Source: an uncultured Gemmatimonadaceae bacterium (GTDB lineage Bacteria > Gemmatimonadota > Gemmatimonadetes > Gemmatimonadales > Gemmatimonadaceae). From it: a stretch of 64,000 nt of DNA. The DNA lies in contig CAWGJO010000004.1 of the NCBI GenBank assembly GCA_963822945.1, positions 1-64,000 on the forward strand, read 5' to 3'. Within the stretch, counting starts at the first letter, position 1; every line of letters starts with the position of its first letter. Shown piece by piece: positions 10,272 to 21,413 of the stretch. The notes under the pieces were generated by a model. That model had not been told where the DNA came from and did not search any database. It saw only the letters and a list, made by a program, of their open reading frames with translations. The position numbers and the translations under genes were made by a program.

Positions 10272-12947
10272 TCACCGATTCCCGCCAACCTGGATCGTCC
10301 TCTCGAGCCGGAGTCGGCCGACGATCCTCCGACCCCCAGCACGACCTGCTCCCGCTCCACGACCCATTGCTGGTCATTGGGATTCCAGTACGCCAGCGAC
10401 GTGGCCGGAACCCGCATGACCACGGTGCGCGTCTGGCCGGGCTGCAGGGTGATGCGCTGAAATCCTCGCAGGTTCTCCCGGGCTCGCGGCACCATGGAGT
10501 GCGGATGCGCGACGTACAGCTGCACCACCTCGTCGCCGGCCCGCGGTCCGGTATTCTGCACATCTACGCTCACCGACAGGGTGTCCCCGGCGCCGAGCGT
10601 GTCGGTGCTGGTCCGCAGGTTGGAGTAGGCGAATGTCGTGTAGCTCAGGCCGTATCCGAACGGGTAGAGCGGCGTCCCACGGAAGAACCGATACGTGCGG
10701 CCCTGCCATATCGTAGCTGTCGAAGGGCGGCAGATCCTTCACGCTGCGGTAGAAGGTGACGGGCAGCCGCCCGCCTGGATCGTAGTCGCCGAACAGGGTC
10801 TCGGCGATCGCCGTGCCTCCCGCCTGTCCGGGGTACCACGCCTCGAGGATCGCCGGCACGTGGTCGTTGGCCCAACGCACGCTCAGCGCGCTGCCGTTGA
10901 GCAGCACGAGCACCGTCGGCTTGCCGAGCGCGGTGACCCGTTCCAGCAGGTCCTCCTGCGTGCGCGGGAGGTCGAGAGTGGTGCGGTCGCCCCCGTTGAA
11001 CCCGTCGATGTGGAGCGGCATCTCCTCGCCCTCCATGCGCGAGGTGAGGCCGAGCACCAGCACCACGGCGTCGGCGTTCCGCGCCGCGGCCAGCGCCTGC
11101 GCTTCGAGGAAATCGTTGGGGGGCGCCCAGTCGAGCTGGAGCTGTGCGTCGCCGGTCGAGTCCGACGCGTCGATCCGCACGCGGTAGGCGCGTGCCGCTG
11201 TCGAGCGCGAGCGGACCGCTCTGAACGGCGACGGGCCTCGGAAATTCTCCGCGCGGGGCGTCTGCGTCGAGTTGAGCCGAACTCACCACGAGGGTGTCAT
11301 CCACCCACAGGTCGAACTTCATCGTGCCGTCGGAGCTGCAGCCGGTAGGTGCCGGTTGCGCGGGACGCGGAGTGTTCCGGTCCAGCGGACCCCGAAGTCG
11401 TCGGGGTTCAGGTCGTTGCGCGGCGCGCCTTGTCCCCATGCGGCGTCCACCGTGCTGTCGGTGCCCGAATACAGCGGAGCGCCATCGAGCGTCAGGTTCC
11501 CGAAGTAGTCCGTACGAAGGCCGCGTTGGCCATCGGGCGTGGTGAACAGGGTAGCCGGCGCCTTCTGGTAGACGGGGAATCCGTCCGCCAGATCCGCTCC
11601 GAGGGCGTAGAGCACCTGGGTGGACTCGGGCAGTGCCTGCGCGGATGCCGCGCAGCGGCGTGATCGGGTCGGCCGGTGTGCCGTTGTAGTTGCCGAGCAG
11701 CACCGGCGCTCGGTCGGCGTTGGGCCCGATGACGGCCACCGTGCGCAGATTCTTCCCGAGGGGCAGCACGTTCCCCTGATTCTTGAGCAGGACCATCGAT
11801 TCACGCGCCACCTGAAGTGCCAGCGCGCGGTGTGCCGGGGTGTCCACGTCGCTCAGCGACAGCTTGGACCACGGCACGGAATCGGGCGGGTCGAACATGC
11901 CGAGCTTGAACCGCGCCAGAAACAGCCGGTCGAGCGACGTGTCGATCTGCGCCTCGGTGATGAATCCGGAATCGACGGCCGCGCCCAGCGTTGCGTAGGT
12001 CCGCCCGCAGTTGAGGTCGGTGCCGGCTTTCACGGCCAGTGCGCTGGCCTCGGCTTCGCTAGCTCACGAACTGGTGCGTCTGGAAGATGTCGTTCATGGC
12101 GCCGCAGTCGGAGACCACGTATCCCTTGAAACCCCACTCCTGGCGGAGGATCGTGTCGAGGAGCATCGGGCTCGCGCATGCGGCGTTGCCGAACACGGCA
12201 TTGTACGCGCACATGACCGAATACGCGCCACCCTGCTCGATGCCGTCCCTGAACTGCGCCAGATACGTCTCGCGGAGATCGCGCTCGCTGACCACCGCGT
12301 TGTACGTGTGCCGGTCCGGCTCCGGACCGCTGTGTACCGCGAAGTGCTTCAGCGTGGCCACGGTCTTCAGGTATCTGGTGTCGTGGCCCTGCATGCCGCG
12401 GACGAACTGCACGGCCATGCGCCCGGTCAGGAACGGGTCCTCGCCGTACGTCTCCTGGCCCCGTCCCCACCGCGGGTCGCGGAAGATGTTGACGTTGGGC
12501 GACCAGAACGTCAGCCCGCTCGTAGCGCTTGCGGTCGCCGTGGCGGACGTCGTCGTTGTACTTCGCTCGTGCTTCGTCCGAGATGACGGTGGCTTCGCGA
12601 TAGATCAGCGAATCGTCCCATGTGGCGGCCATCCCGATCGCCTGCGGAAACGACGGTCGCCAGACCCGGCGCGCGCCACGCCGTGCAGCGCTTCGTTCCA
12701 CCAGCCGTACGCCGGGCACTCCCAGGCGCGGGATCGCGGCCGCCATGTCCTGCATCTGCGAGATCTTCTCCTCCAGCGTCATCTGCGCCACCAGGTCGTC
12801 GGCGCGCGCCTGGAATGATCGCTGGAGATCGAGGTACGCGGGAGTTGGCGGGGCGCCACCGCTTTGTGCCGACGCGGAAATCGGCGCCAGCGCGATGACG
12901 CCGGCGCCGACGATGACCGCGAAGCGCAGGAAACGACGGATGCGCAT
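10272..12947 (-). CDS. GH3 beta-glucosidase/xylosidase with PA14 and Fn3-like domains (many frameshifts)
   Basis: Segments MTLEEKI, FPQAIG, KHFAVHSGPE, GYVVSDC, ESMVLLKN, AWYPGQAGG and GDEVVQLY are spread over several minus frames. N-terminal signal peptide. Confidence 0.9.
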
Positions 12948-13023
12948 CGGACGCAGGCTCGTGGGTTCGACTTCCATCCTGGCTATTGCGGTCTCGCCCA
13001 CGGCGCTCCGCGCCCGTGGGCCG

Positions 13024-13863
13024 TCATTGCAGAGTGATCGTCTGCATCATGCCGTGCATGAAGTGTGGCTTCCCGTCCTTCGCGTCGGGCACGAAGCAGA
13101 TGAGCAGGTAGTTGCCCGCCGTGAGATCCGCCGAGAAGTAGGTCGTCTTCCCGGGGGACTCGAGCGAGGCGCCGCCCAATGGCTCACCCGGTGCCGGCCC
13201 CTCTTCCTTGGCGAACCACGCCACCAGATCCTCGGCCGTCTTGCCCGGCGCGAGTTTCACCAGTTCGAGTTCGTGCGGCTGCACGCCGGCGTTGGCGACC
13301 GCGAAGGTGTGGTGCCCGACCGTCAGCGGTTTCGCCAGTTGGAAGCCGTACTCCACCATGGTGATCGAATCGTCGGCCACGGGAGCGGCAGTGGCCCCGT
13401 TGCTCGCCGTGACGGTGAGCGCGCGGAACATCCCCTTGGTGAAGTGTGGGACGCCGCCCGGCACGTCCACGAAGCAGACGATCGCGTAGTCGCCCGGCGT
13501 GAGCGACAGCGTGGCGTTGCTCGACGCGCCCGCACCGACGGCGTTCGGCCCCCCGAACATCACCGCCCACGCGGGAATGGGGCCGGGGTGCTCCAGCGCC
13601 GCGATGAGATCGCCGGCCGTCTTGCCGCTGTCGAGTCGGACGACGGCGGCGTGGTGAATGCCGGGACCGTCGTTGACGAGCGTGAACGCCACGTAGCCCG
13701 CGGGGATCGAGTCGGGCGCCTCGAAGGCGAAGTCCTTCGCGTGAATGGTCACCGGGGTTGGCGCAGCCGCTGCCGGCGGCTGTGGAGACGATTGCTTCTC
13801 GGAGCACGCCGAGACCGCGGTCAACGCCGCGGCCATGGCGGCAAGCGTGAAGGGGACACGCAC
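13024..13863 (-). CDS. Lipoprotein with two tandem cupredoxin-like domains
   Basis: Lipobox VSAC. Two repeats each with N.G...H and Y...CF-x-H...GM. GGAGG RBS before GTG 13863. Confidence 0.75.
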   Translation of the reverse strand: MRVPFTLAAMAAALTAVSACSEKQSSPQPPAAAAPTPVTIHAKDFAFEAPDSIPAGYVAFTLVNDGPGIHHAAVVRLDSGKTAGDLIAALEHPGPIPAWAVMFGGPNAVGAGASSNATLSLTPGDYAIVCFVDVPGGVPHFTKGMFRALTVTASNGATAAPVADDSITMVEYGFQLAKPLTVGHHTFAVANAGVQPHELELVKLAPGKTAEDLVAWFAKEEGPAPGEPLGGASLESPGKTTYFSADLTAGNYLLICFVPDAKDGKPHFMHGMMQTITLQ

Positions 13864-14050
13864 GTCGATTCCTCCGACGGTGGGAGAGGGGGCCGCCCGA
13901 CGGGCGGCAACCCTACTATGCGAGCATCCCGCGCACCGAGCAAGCCGCTGGTTCAAATGCTCGACGCGGCAAACGCATGGCCACGGTTACGCGCACGCGT
14001 ATCGTCGCACAAACACCAGACGCCGCAGCGGCCTACCCGCCCACGCATTG

Positions 14051-14599
14051 CTACACGGCGCCGCCGGGCAACGCCTGCTTCACGTGGTCGTACAACTCCG
14101 CCTCGAGCTGGCCGGTGGTGCCGCAGTCCAGTCGGGCGTTCGTCGTCCCGGTCATGTCCACCGCCACCGGACGCACGTCGGTGCTGAGCTTCGTGTGGGT
14201 GGCATCCAACGCCGTGACCGTCGTGATCACCGAGAAGTAGACGCGGCTGTTGTTCGCCCGCGGACCGGTGGGGCCGTTGCCGCAGTCGGCGTAGGTCGAG
14301 AGCGAGTGTCCGTTCCACTGCCCGCTGACGTGGAAGTTGGTGCTCCCCATTCGATGCGTGCTCGGATCGTTGACCACGACGTCGATCCCCATGGCCTTGT
14401 ACGCGCCCTGCAAGGCCGTCCACACCGTGGTGGCCGGCGCATCGAACTGCTGCTCCGATCCACGCACTTCGTTGGCCTGGAGCACGCGGCCATCGGCCAC
14501 GGCCACGGTCCGCTCCGTAACGGAGGGCTGCGAACCGCTCGATGCGCATCCGGCAATGGCGGCCAGTGCGAGAAGCCCCGCGGCTGAGTGGAAGTTCAT
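14051..14599 (-). CDS. Hypothetical lipoprotein
   Basis: Signal peptide with lipobox IAGC and genome-like codon usage. Confidence 0.75.
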   Translation of the reverse strand: MNFHSAAGLLALAAIAGCASSGSQPSVTERTVAVADGRVLQANEVRGSEQQFDAPATTVWTALQGAYKAMGIDVVVNDPSTHRMGSTNFHVSGQWNGHSLSTYADCGNGPTGPRANNSRVYFSVITTVTALDATHTKLSTDVRPVAVDMTGTTNARLDCGTTGQLEAELYDHVKQALPGGAV

Positions 14600-14926
14600 G
14601 TATCCAATCCTGTGTTCGTGAGGGTTGCGCCACGATGGGGACCGGACCTCGTCGAGTCAATCGGCAAGTTGGCAAGTGAGCGAAGCTGTATCAGGCTATT
14701 CACTGCTCGGTCGAAAAGTCCGGCAATTGCGGCCTCTCCGAGTGAAAATCGGACCTAATGGCCCACGAATCGGTCCAAATGGCACTGTATAGCTCTTTCT
14801 ATACACAGCCTAGTGTCTAAACAATTGACACTTGGGCCGAATCGAAGAGTCTTCACCTCGTAGCGCGCAACGCCACGCGCCACGTAGCCGAGCGAAACGC
14901 TCACCGGGCGAATTCAGGACTCGACG

Positions 14927-15724
14927 ATGCTCACGCAACCACTGCACCAACTTCAGCACGGCGCCGCGACTCACGGCTGCACGGGGCGTGAACGGCCTGC
15001 GCTCCGCGCATTCAGGACCGTGGTCGGGTGGGCAGTGGTCGCGATCCTCGGGTCCACGGCCGCATGCGCGTCGCTTCCGGTCGGAGGGGCGTCGTTCACG
15101 TCTGCCCGATATTCCAGTCTTGCCCCGGCCGGTGCGTCGTTCGCGCTGAACGCCGCGGAGGCCCCCGCCGCCCGCCGCCGCCCGTCGCTCTACGCGCCGA
15201 ACATCGCGATCGGCGACTCCGTGCTGGCCGCTACGGTGACGCGGCTTCGCAAGCTCTCGCCGGCGTTCGATTCGGCAATCGTCGCCATCGAGACCTCGGG
15301 GATTCCCGTGGTGATCGGTACCGAAGCCCAGCTGCGCGACCAGTTGCCGCCGGGATACCGGTACGTGGGTGGGTGGCAGGCCCTGACCGCCGTGTATCCG
15401 CTCACGTCGAACGGGTCGCGCGGCCGGCCCATCGAGCACGTCGCTGTCATCTTCCGCCTGTCGGCCCTCCGGGCCGCGCTGAAGACCGACGGCACGGCGT
15501 CGGACTCGGCGCTCTTCAACCGGTTCGTGGAGCGAGTGGTGGCGCACGAGATCTACGGCCACCTGATGCCCCAGCTCGCGCTGGGCAAGACCGCGCCCGT
15601 TGCCTGCGACGATCCGACCAGCGCCGCCAACTGGTATACGGCCTGCGTCATGCAGCGCGAACGCCACGTGATGGCACAGCTCGTCGAAGCGCGCGGCACG
15701 TACGCGGCGCTCGGCACGCACTAG
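14927..15724 (+). CDS. Hypothetical exported protein with zincin-like HEIYGH motif
   Basis: Hydrophobic N-region with a possible lipobox (TAAC). Contains VVAHEIYGH. Confidence 0.6.
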   Translation: MLTQPLHQLQHGAATHGCTGRERPALRAFRTVVGWAVVAILGSTAACASLPVGGASFTSARYSSLAPAGASFALNAAEAPAARRRPSLYAPNIAIGDSVLAATVTRLRKLSPAFDSAIVAIETSGIPVVIGTEAQLRDQLPPGYRYVGGWQALTAVYPLTSNGSRGRPIEHVAVIFRLSALRAALKTDGTASDSALFNRFVERVVAHEIYGHLMPQLALGKTAPVACDDPTSAANWYTACVMQRERHVMAQLVEARGTYAALGTH

Positions 15725-15877
15725 CCTCGACAAGAGCCCGCAGCCGTCACGCCCCCGGGGCCTCGGGGCGTCGGGGCGTCGGTCGGGGATTCCCCGGCAG
15801 CCCCCGGACGGGCTCCCCGATTGGCGGTCCGCCACGGCGCCACGAGACTTCCCTTCGAACCCTTCGGAGGCGCCACC

Positions 15878-16393
15878 ATGATTCCCGATCCGCTCCATCC
15901 GGCCGTCGTGCACTTTCCGATCGCGCTCATGTTCCTCGTACCACTGGTTGCGCTCGTGGCGCTCTGGTACATCCGTCGCGGCGTGCGTGTGTCGCGCGCG
16001 TGGATGGTGCCGGTGCTCTTTGCCGGAGCACTGGCGGCCAGTGCCTGGGTCGCGCTCGAGACGGGAGAGGAACAGGAAGAACGCGTCGAACGTGTGGTCC
16101 CCGAAGGCGTGATCGGCGGGCATCAGGAAGCCGCCGAGACGTTCCTCATCCTCTCGGCGGCGCTGCTCGCGGTGTCGGCCGTCGGACTGGTGAAGGGACG
16201 CGTGGGGGCGACGGCCCGGTGGGTGACGACGTTCGGCGCCGTAGGCGTGCTGGCGGCGGGCGTGCGCGTGGGCCACAGCGGCGGCATGCTGGTGTATCAG
16301 CATGGTGCGGCGAGTGCCTATGCCACGCCGTCACCCGGTGGCAATCCCCTGCAGCCGGCCCCTGCGGGCCGCGGAGAGCGCGAGGGCGAATAG
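15878..16393 (+). CDS. DUF2231-like membrane protein
   Basis: PLHPAVVHFPIAL N-terminus, four TM helices and GHSGGMLVYQHG. GGAGG RBS. Confidence 0.8.
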   Translation: MIPDPLHPAVVHFPIALMFLVPLVALVALWYIRRGVRVSRAWMVPVLFAGALAASAWVALETGEEQEERVERVVPEGVIGGHQEAAETFLILSAALLAVSAVGLVKGRVGATARWVTTFGAVGVLAAGVRVGHSGGMLVYQHGAASAYATPSPGGNPLQPAPAGRGEREGE

Positions 16394-16402
16394 CCGCGAC
16401 CG

Positions 16403-16429
16403 GACGCCGGCGCCGGTGGCGCCGGCGTC
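16403..16429. terminator. Perfect 12-bp hairpin between convergent genes
   Basis: GACGCCGGCGCC-GGT-GGCGCCGGCGTC. Confidence 0.55.
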
Positions 16430-19148
16430 AGTGCCCGATCCAGTACGTGGCCTTGAGCAGGAACACGTTCGTGGGCACGGTCCGGAAGATCGCGCCCACG
16501 TCGCGGCTGGGCTGGAAGTCACCCACGGGTACGAAGCCGCTCCGTTGCTGCTGCCACACCAGGTAGATCACCGATCCGGGCCGGTACTCCCAGCGCAGGA
16601 CGGCGTTGCCGCGCAGGCTGCGAATGTTGAAGTCCGGATTGCCGAGCGTGAACGGCGCCGAGGGTCCCGCGGCGTCGGGATCGATGGTGTAGAGGTGCCG
16701 CGCTGCGTCGTACGCGATGGTGCCCCGGTCGCGGCCATACACGGCAAAGTCGAAGGTGCCGGGCTGCGCGAACTCCTTGAAGGCGGAATAGGCGCCCGAC
16801 GACACGAAGGGCTGGATGTAGGTCTGCAGGCTGAGTTGGGGCGTCAACGTCCATTCGATGCGCGTGTCCATGGAGAGCGTGGTCTGATGCAGATTCGCGA
16901 ATACGTAGCGCCGGCCGTACGTCGCCATCGCGTTCGCATCGGCCACCGCGGCCACGTACTGCGCCGTGCTCCGGTCGACCGTGAGCGAGGGGCCGAGCGT
17001 CACGTGCACCGTCGTGCTGGGGCGCATGTCGAAGTCCAGGTTGAACTGCGGATTCTCGGCGCCCGAGGCGTCGCGCTCGTAGTACGCCTTCCCGCTCACG
17101 ATCACCGGCCACCGGCTGTCGGAACTGAAGGTGACGAAGCCCCCCCACGAGGCCGGTGATTGGGCCAGCGGCCCGCCGCGCAGCAGCCGGTCGGAGTAGG
17201 CCGACAGGCTCCGGGTGAATCCGGCGCCCGTGGTCCACAGGTTGTTGTAGGTGACGCTCCCGCTGCCCGCGAACGCCCGGTAGATGGGGGTGCCCCCGAA
17301 GTTCCAGGCGTTGTTGGTGTACGCGTAGGCGCTGTAGTTGCGCACGTGGGCGCCCGCCTGATTGTTCTGATATCCGATGAGGTTGGAGAGCGCCCGGTAG
17401 TCGCCGCGCCCGATGAAGCCGAGATCGTTGATCTCGAAGGTCGGGCTCATCTCCTTGTAGGCCACCGAGCCGAAGACGCTGCCCGACTTCTCCAGCGCGA
17501 GCTCATCCATGTAGCCGGTGAGCGAGGTGCGCGTGGGGTCGTACGTCAGGTAGCGCGCGTCGGGGCGCTGCAGGTAGTGCGTGCTGTTGCGTTGCGTGAG
17601 ATCGATGGCCGACGGCGACCCCTCGATGCGGCTGCCGGCCAGGAAGCCGCTGAGGATCCAGGCACGCCGGCGCATGCCGTGCTCGAAGTCGATGCCGCCG
17701 AAGGTGGCGTTGTCGTGGAGCGCCGGCAGGAACACCGAATCGGACATGTTCCGCACGGTCGACGTGAGCATGGCCCCGACGAACGACGCGCCCTGGTCGA
17801 AGTCGTGCTTCACCCGGCCGGCGAAGTAGTTGGTGAGCGGCTCCACGGGCGCCGTGGTGCGGACGCCTGAGGTGAGCTGGACGCGCGCGTCGGCCTGCGT
17901 CGTGACGCCGTCGAGGAGGCCGATCGACCAGGGCCCCGCCTTGCCGGTCACCTTGGCGGCGCCGGCGATGGTGGTCTGATCGGGCACGTCGGCGTACTGC
18001 ACGCCGGCGCCCGCGGCGCTCAGCTCCGGCGGCCGCCCGATGCGGCGCGAGTAGAAGAAGTACTGGCCGCCGAAGTCGTTCTGACGCTTCACCTGGCCGA
18101 AGTCGAAGATGTCGGCGCCCTCGAGGAAGAACGGGCGCTTCTCGGGGAACATCGTCTCGAACGCCGTCAGGTTGACCACCGCGGGATCCACCTCCACCTG
18201 TCCGAAGTCGGGGTTCACCGTTGCCGTGAGCGTGAGGCCTCCCGGCAAACCGTAGCGCACGTCGGCGCCAACGGAGGGGCGTACCGCCGTCGCATCATAG
18301 AACGGGTCGGCCGGGTTGCCGGGTGCGCGTGTGATCTTGGAACTCGCATAGGGCAGAATCTCCAACCGTTCGGGGGCGGGTACGTTCCGCAGTCCGGCCA
18401 GGTCGCCGAAGCGCGACACGAGTCCGGGACTCTGCCGCGTCCACGGCGACCACGAGTCGCGCTCGTTGCGCCGCGCGATGTCACGCATCACCTGGAATCC
18501 CCACGTACGGTCGCTGTCGGCGGGCTGCGGGCCGAACCGGAGTTGCGACAGCGGAATGCGGTACTCCGCCACCCAGCCCAGCGAATCGATGCGCGTGCCC
18601 ACCTGCCAGACGGCGTCCCAGTTCAGGTCCTCGTTGCCGTCGTTCGATTCGTACACGTCCTTCTCCACGCCGCGCGGATTCACGCTGAACCGGAAGGCGG
18701 TGCGGCGGTCGTGGTACGAGTCGATCATCACGTGCACCCAGTCGGAATAGATGCCGCTGGCGTCGCGGCGCGCGAGCTGGGCGGCAATGGAATCCGGATG
18801 CGCATCGTACATGCGGATGCCCACGTAGAGCGCCTCGTCGTCGTAGAGCACGCGCACCCGCGTGGAATCCACGGGCGCCTGCCCGGGGTCCGGATAGCTC
18901 TGCGTGAACCCGCCCGACACCGGCGCCTTCTGCCACGCCGGTTCGTCGAGGCGTCCGTCGATCACGATCGGTCCCGAGCGACGCGCGGCATGCATCACCC
19001 GGACGGCGTCGTGCGACTCCGACGGATTGGGGCGCGTCCCCCCGCGGTTCTGGGCTACGGCATCGCGTGGAACGGTAAGGGCGAGTGCAAGGAAGGCGGC
19101 GCGGGAGAGAAACGGGGCGGCATATCGGCGGGCGAGCGCAAACGGCAT
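16428..19148 (-). CDS. CBM9-like/DUF5916 outer-membrane protein
   Basis: IDGRLDEPAW, TVNPDFGQVE, FPEKRPFFLEG and YSRRIG, with a beta-barrel-like C-terminus. Confidence 0.85.
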   Translation of the reverse strand: MPFALARRYAAPFLSRAAFLALALTVPRDAVAQNRGGTRPNPSESHDAVRVMHAARRSGPIVIDGRLDEPAWQKAPVSGGFTQSYPDPGQAPVDSTRVRVLYDDEALYVGIRMYDAHPDSIAAQLARRDASGIYSDWVHVMIDSYHDRRTAFRFSVNPRGVEKDVYESNDGNEDLNWDAVWQVGTRIDSLGWVAEYRIPLSQLRFGPQPADSDRTWGFQVMRDIARRNERDSWSPWTRQSPGLVSRFGDLAGLRNVPAPERLEILPYASSKITRAPGNPADPFYDATAVRPSVGADVRYGLPGGLTLTATVNPDFGQVEVDPAVVNLTAFETMFPEKRPFFLEGADIFDFGQVKRQNDFGGQYFFYSRRIGRPPELSAAGAGVQYADVPDQTTIAGAAKVTGKAGPWSIGLLDGVTTQADARVQLTSGVRTTAPVEPLTNYFAGRVKHDFDQGASFVGAMLTSTVRNMSDSVFLPALHDNATFGGIDFEHGMRRRAWILSGFLAGSRIEGSPSAIDLTQRNSTHYLQRPDARYLTYDPTRTSLTGYMDELALEKSGSVFGSVAYKEMSPTFEINDLGFIGRGDYRALSNLIGYQNNQAGAHVRNYSAYAYTNNAWNFGGTPIYRAFAGSGSVTYNNLWTTGAGFTRSLSAYSDRLLRGGPLAQSPASWGGFVTFSSDSRWPVIVSGKAYYERDASGAENPQFNLDFDMRPSTTVHVTLGPSLTVDRSTAQYVAAVADANAMATYGRRYVFANLHQTTLSMDTRIEWTLTPQLSLQTYIQPFVSSGAYSAFKEFAQPGTFDFAVYGRDRGTIAYDAARHLYTIDPDAAGPSAPFTLGNPDFNIRSLRGNAVLRWEYRPGSVIYLVWQQQRSGFVPVGDFQPSRDVGAIFRTVPTNVFLLKATYWIGH

Positions 19149-19406
19149 CGTCGGGGACGGGTGGAGGATGGGCGGAGGGTGGCCTGATCATCGGCGGGCG
19201 AATGATCTCACGTTACCTTCCGATTCGACACCCCCGGAGATTCGAATGGTTGTCAGGTTCTTGTCATTTCTCGCCCTTTCCGTTGGTGCGGCGCCCGTGC
19301 ATCTTCGCCGCACCGGCGGTCATCGCGCCACCAGGTCCGTCGACGCCGTGGCGCGGGTCGCGGGCGGAGGACGATCCCCGGTGGGATTCCGGCCAGGAGG
19401 ATGTGC

Positions 19407-20076
19407 ATGCGGGTTCTGATCGTGGAAGACGACCCGGAGTTGGCCCACGCGCTGCGCGACGGATTCCGCGACATGCGCGTGGAGGCCACCACGGCCGGCA
19501 CCTTCGCGGAAGGCCGGGAGCGGGCGTTGCTCGCGTCGCACGACGTGATCGTGCTCGACGTGATGCTGCCGGGCGGGTCGGGCTTCGACCTCTGCGCGGA
19601 GTTGCGCGAACGTGGGGTGGACACGCCGATCCTGATGCTCACGGCCCGCGACGGCGTGGACGACCGCGTGCGCGGACTCGACGCCGGCGCCGATGACTAC
19701 CTCACCAAGCCGTTCGCCTTCAAGGAGCTGGCGGCGCGGGTGCGCGCGCTCGTGCGGCGGCCGGCGGCGGTGGCGTCGGAGCGGGTGGAGGTCGCCGATC
19801 TCACGGTGGATCTCGCCACCCGCCAGGTGCGGCGCGGCGGGGCGCGAGATCGAGCTCACCGCCAAGGAGTTCGCGCTGCTCGAGGTGTTCGTGCGCCACG
19901 CGGGGCACGTGCTCGACCGGGCCGCGATCACGGCCCACGTCTGGGACGAGAACCACGATCCGTTCACGAATGTGCTGGAGGTGCTGGTGCGCCGGTTGCG
20001 CCGCAAGATCGACGACGACTTCGAGCCGAAGCTGATCCACACGCTGCGCGGCGCCGGTTACCGCTTCGGGCCCTGA
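19407..20076 (+). CDS. OmpR/CusR-family response regulator (frameshift near 19840)
   Basis: LIVEDD, DVMLP and [10 protein letters not shown], then winged-helix LTAKEFALL...LRRKID...TLRGAGY in the next frame. Confidence 0.92.
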
Positions 20077-20084
20077 CGGTGGCC

Positions 20085-21368
20085 ATGCAGCCGCTCACGG
20101 CGCTGCGGTTGCGCCTCACCGCCTGGTACGTCGGCACACTCGGCGTCATCCTCGTGCTGCTGGGCATGGGAGTGTTCGTGGTCGTCCGGCATCAGTTCGC
20201 GCGGCAGCTCGACGTGTCGTTGCAGCAGGCCACGCTCGAACTGGAGCGGGCCGCAGGCATTCGCGAACAGGAGCGCAAGTCGGCCGAGGGCGCCGTGGTG
20301 GACGCGGTGGACGAACTGCACATTCCCGATCGCCAGCTGTACCTGTTCGATACCACCGGCGCGCCCGTGAAGCCCCCCGTGGCGCCCGCCTGGATTCGCG
20401 ACGAGGCCCGCCGGGCGGCGACCGCGGGCACGGTGGACGCGCGCCACCACGTCCGGCGCGAAGCGACGGTGCGCATCCACGCCGCGCGGTTCACCCTGCC
20501 GAGCGGCACACCGATGGTGGCCGTCGCGGCGGCCGATCAGGTGGAACTCGAGGACCAGTACGCGGCGCTGATCGTCGTGTTCGGCGGCGCGGCGCTGGCC
20601 GCGCTCGTGCTCGTGGCGGCCGGCGGATACTTCCTGTCGCGCAAGTCCACCGAGCCCGTGGAGCGCAACATCGCGCACATGCGCCGCTTCATGGCCGACG
20701 CGGCGCACGAGTTGCGCACGCCGGTCGCGGTCATGCGCACCACCGCCGAGGTCACGCTGCAGCAGGAGCGTGGCGCGGAGTCCTATCAGAACGCCCTGGG
20801 CGTGGTGGAACGCGAGGCCGAGCGGCTGGGCGGCATCGTGGACGACCTGCTGACGCTGGCCCGCGCCGATGCCGGGGAGCGTGCGGTGCGGCGGCAGCGC
20901 GTGTTCCTCGACGACATCGCGCTCGATGCCGCGGACGCCGCGCGCACACTGGCCGCCGCGAAAGGCGTGGGCCTCGACGTCGGCACGTTCGAGGAGGCGG
21001 CTATCGAGGCGGATCCCACCCTCATCCGCCAGCTGATCATGAACCTCGTGCACAACGCCATCAAGTTCACTCCCGAAGGGGGTGAGGTGCGGGTGGACAT
21101 CGAGCTGCGCGATGGGCATCCGGTGCTCGTCGTGGCCGACACGGGGATCGGGATCGCACCCGAGCACCTGCCGCACGTGTTCGACCGCTTCTTCCGCGGC
21201 GATCCGGCGCGCGTCCGTTCCGAAGGCGCCGGACTCGGCCTCTCCATTGCGCGCTGGATTGCCGATCTCCATCACGCCGAGATCACGCTCGATTCGACAC
21301 CCGGAACGGGAACTCGTGTGGAAGTGAAGTTTCCGCGAATTCAGAAGTCGCCGGTGTCATCCGCCTGA
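20085..21368 (+). CDS. Sensor histidine kinase
   Basis: Two TM helices, H-box DAAHELRTP, N-box NAIKFT, DTGIGI and GAGLGL. Confidence 0.93.
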   Translation: MQPLTALRLRLTAWYVGTLGVILVLLGMGVFVVVRHQFARQLDVSLQQATLELERAAGIREQERKSAEGAVVDAVDELHIPDRQLYLFDTTGAPVKPPVAPAWIRDEARRAATAGTVDARHHVRREATVRIHAARFTLPSGTPMVAVAAADQVELEDQYAALIVVFGGAALAALVLVAAGGYFLSRKSTEPVERNIAHMRRFMADAAHELRTPVAVMRTTAEVTLQQERGAESYQNALGVVEREAERLGGIVDDLLTLARADAGERAVRRQRVFLDDIALDAADAARTLAAAKGVGLDVGTFEEAAIEADPTLIRQLIMNLVHNAIKFTPEGGEVRVDIELRDGHPVLVVADTGIGIAPEHLPHVFDRFFRGDPARVRSEGAGLGLSIARWIADLHHAEITLDSTPGTGTRVEVKFPRIQKSPVSSA

Positions 21369-21413
21369 CAGGTGGCCGCGTTACCGTTCGGGTGTTCCAC
21401 ACTCGATGGTGCC

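Noticed and set aside
19401..21368. Response regulator-kinase hybrid fusion (655-aa ORF)
   Set aside because: Artefact of a frameshift near 19840. The regulator's DNA-binding domain is in another frame and the kinase has its own ATG at 20085.
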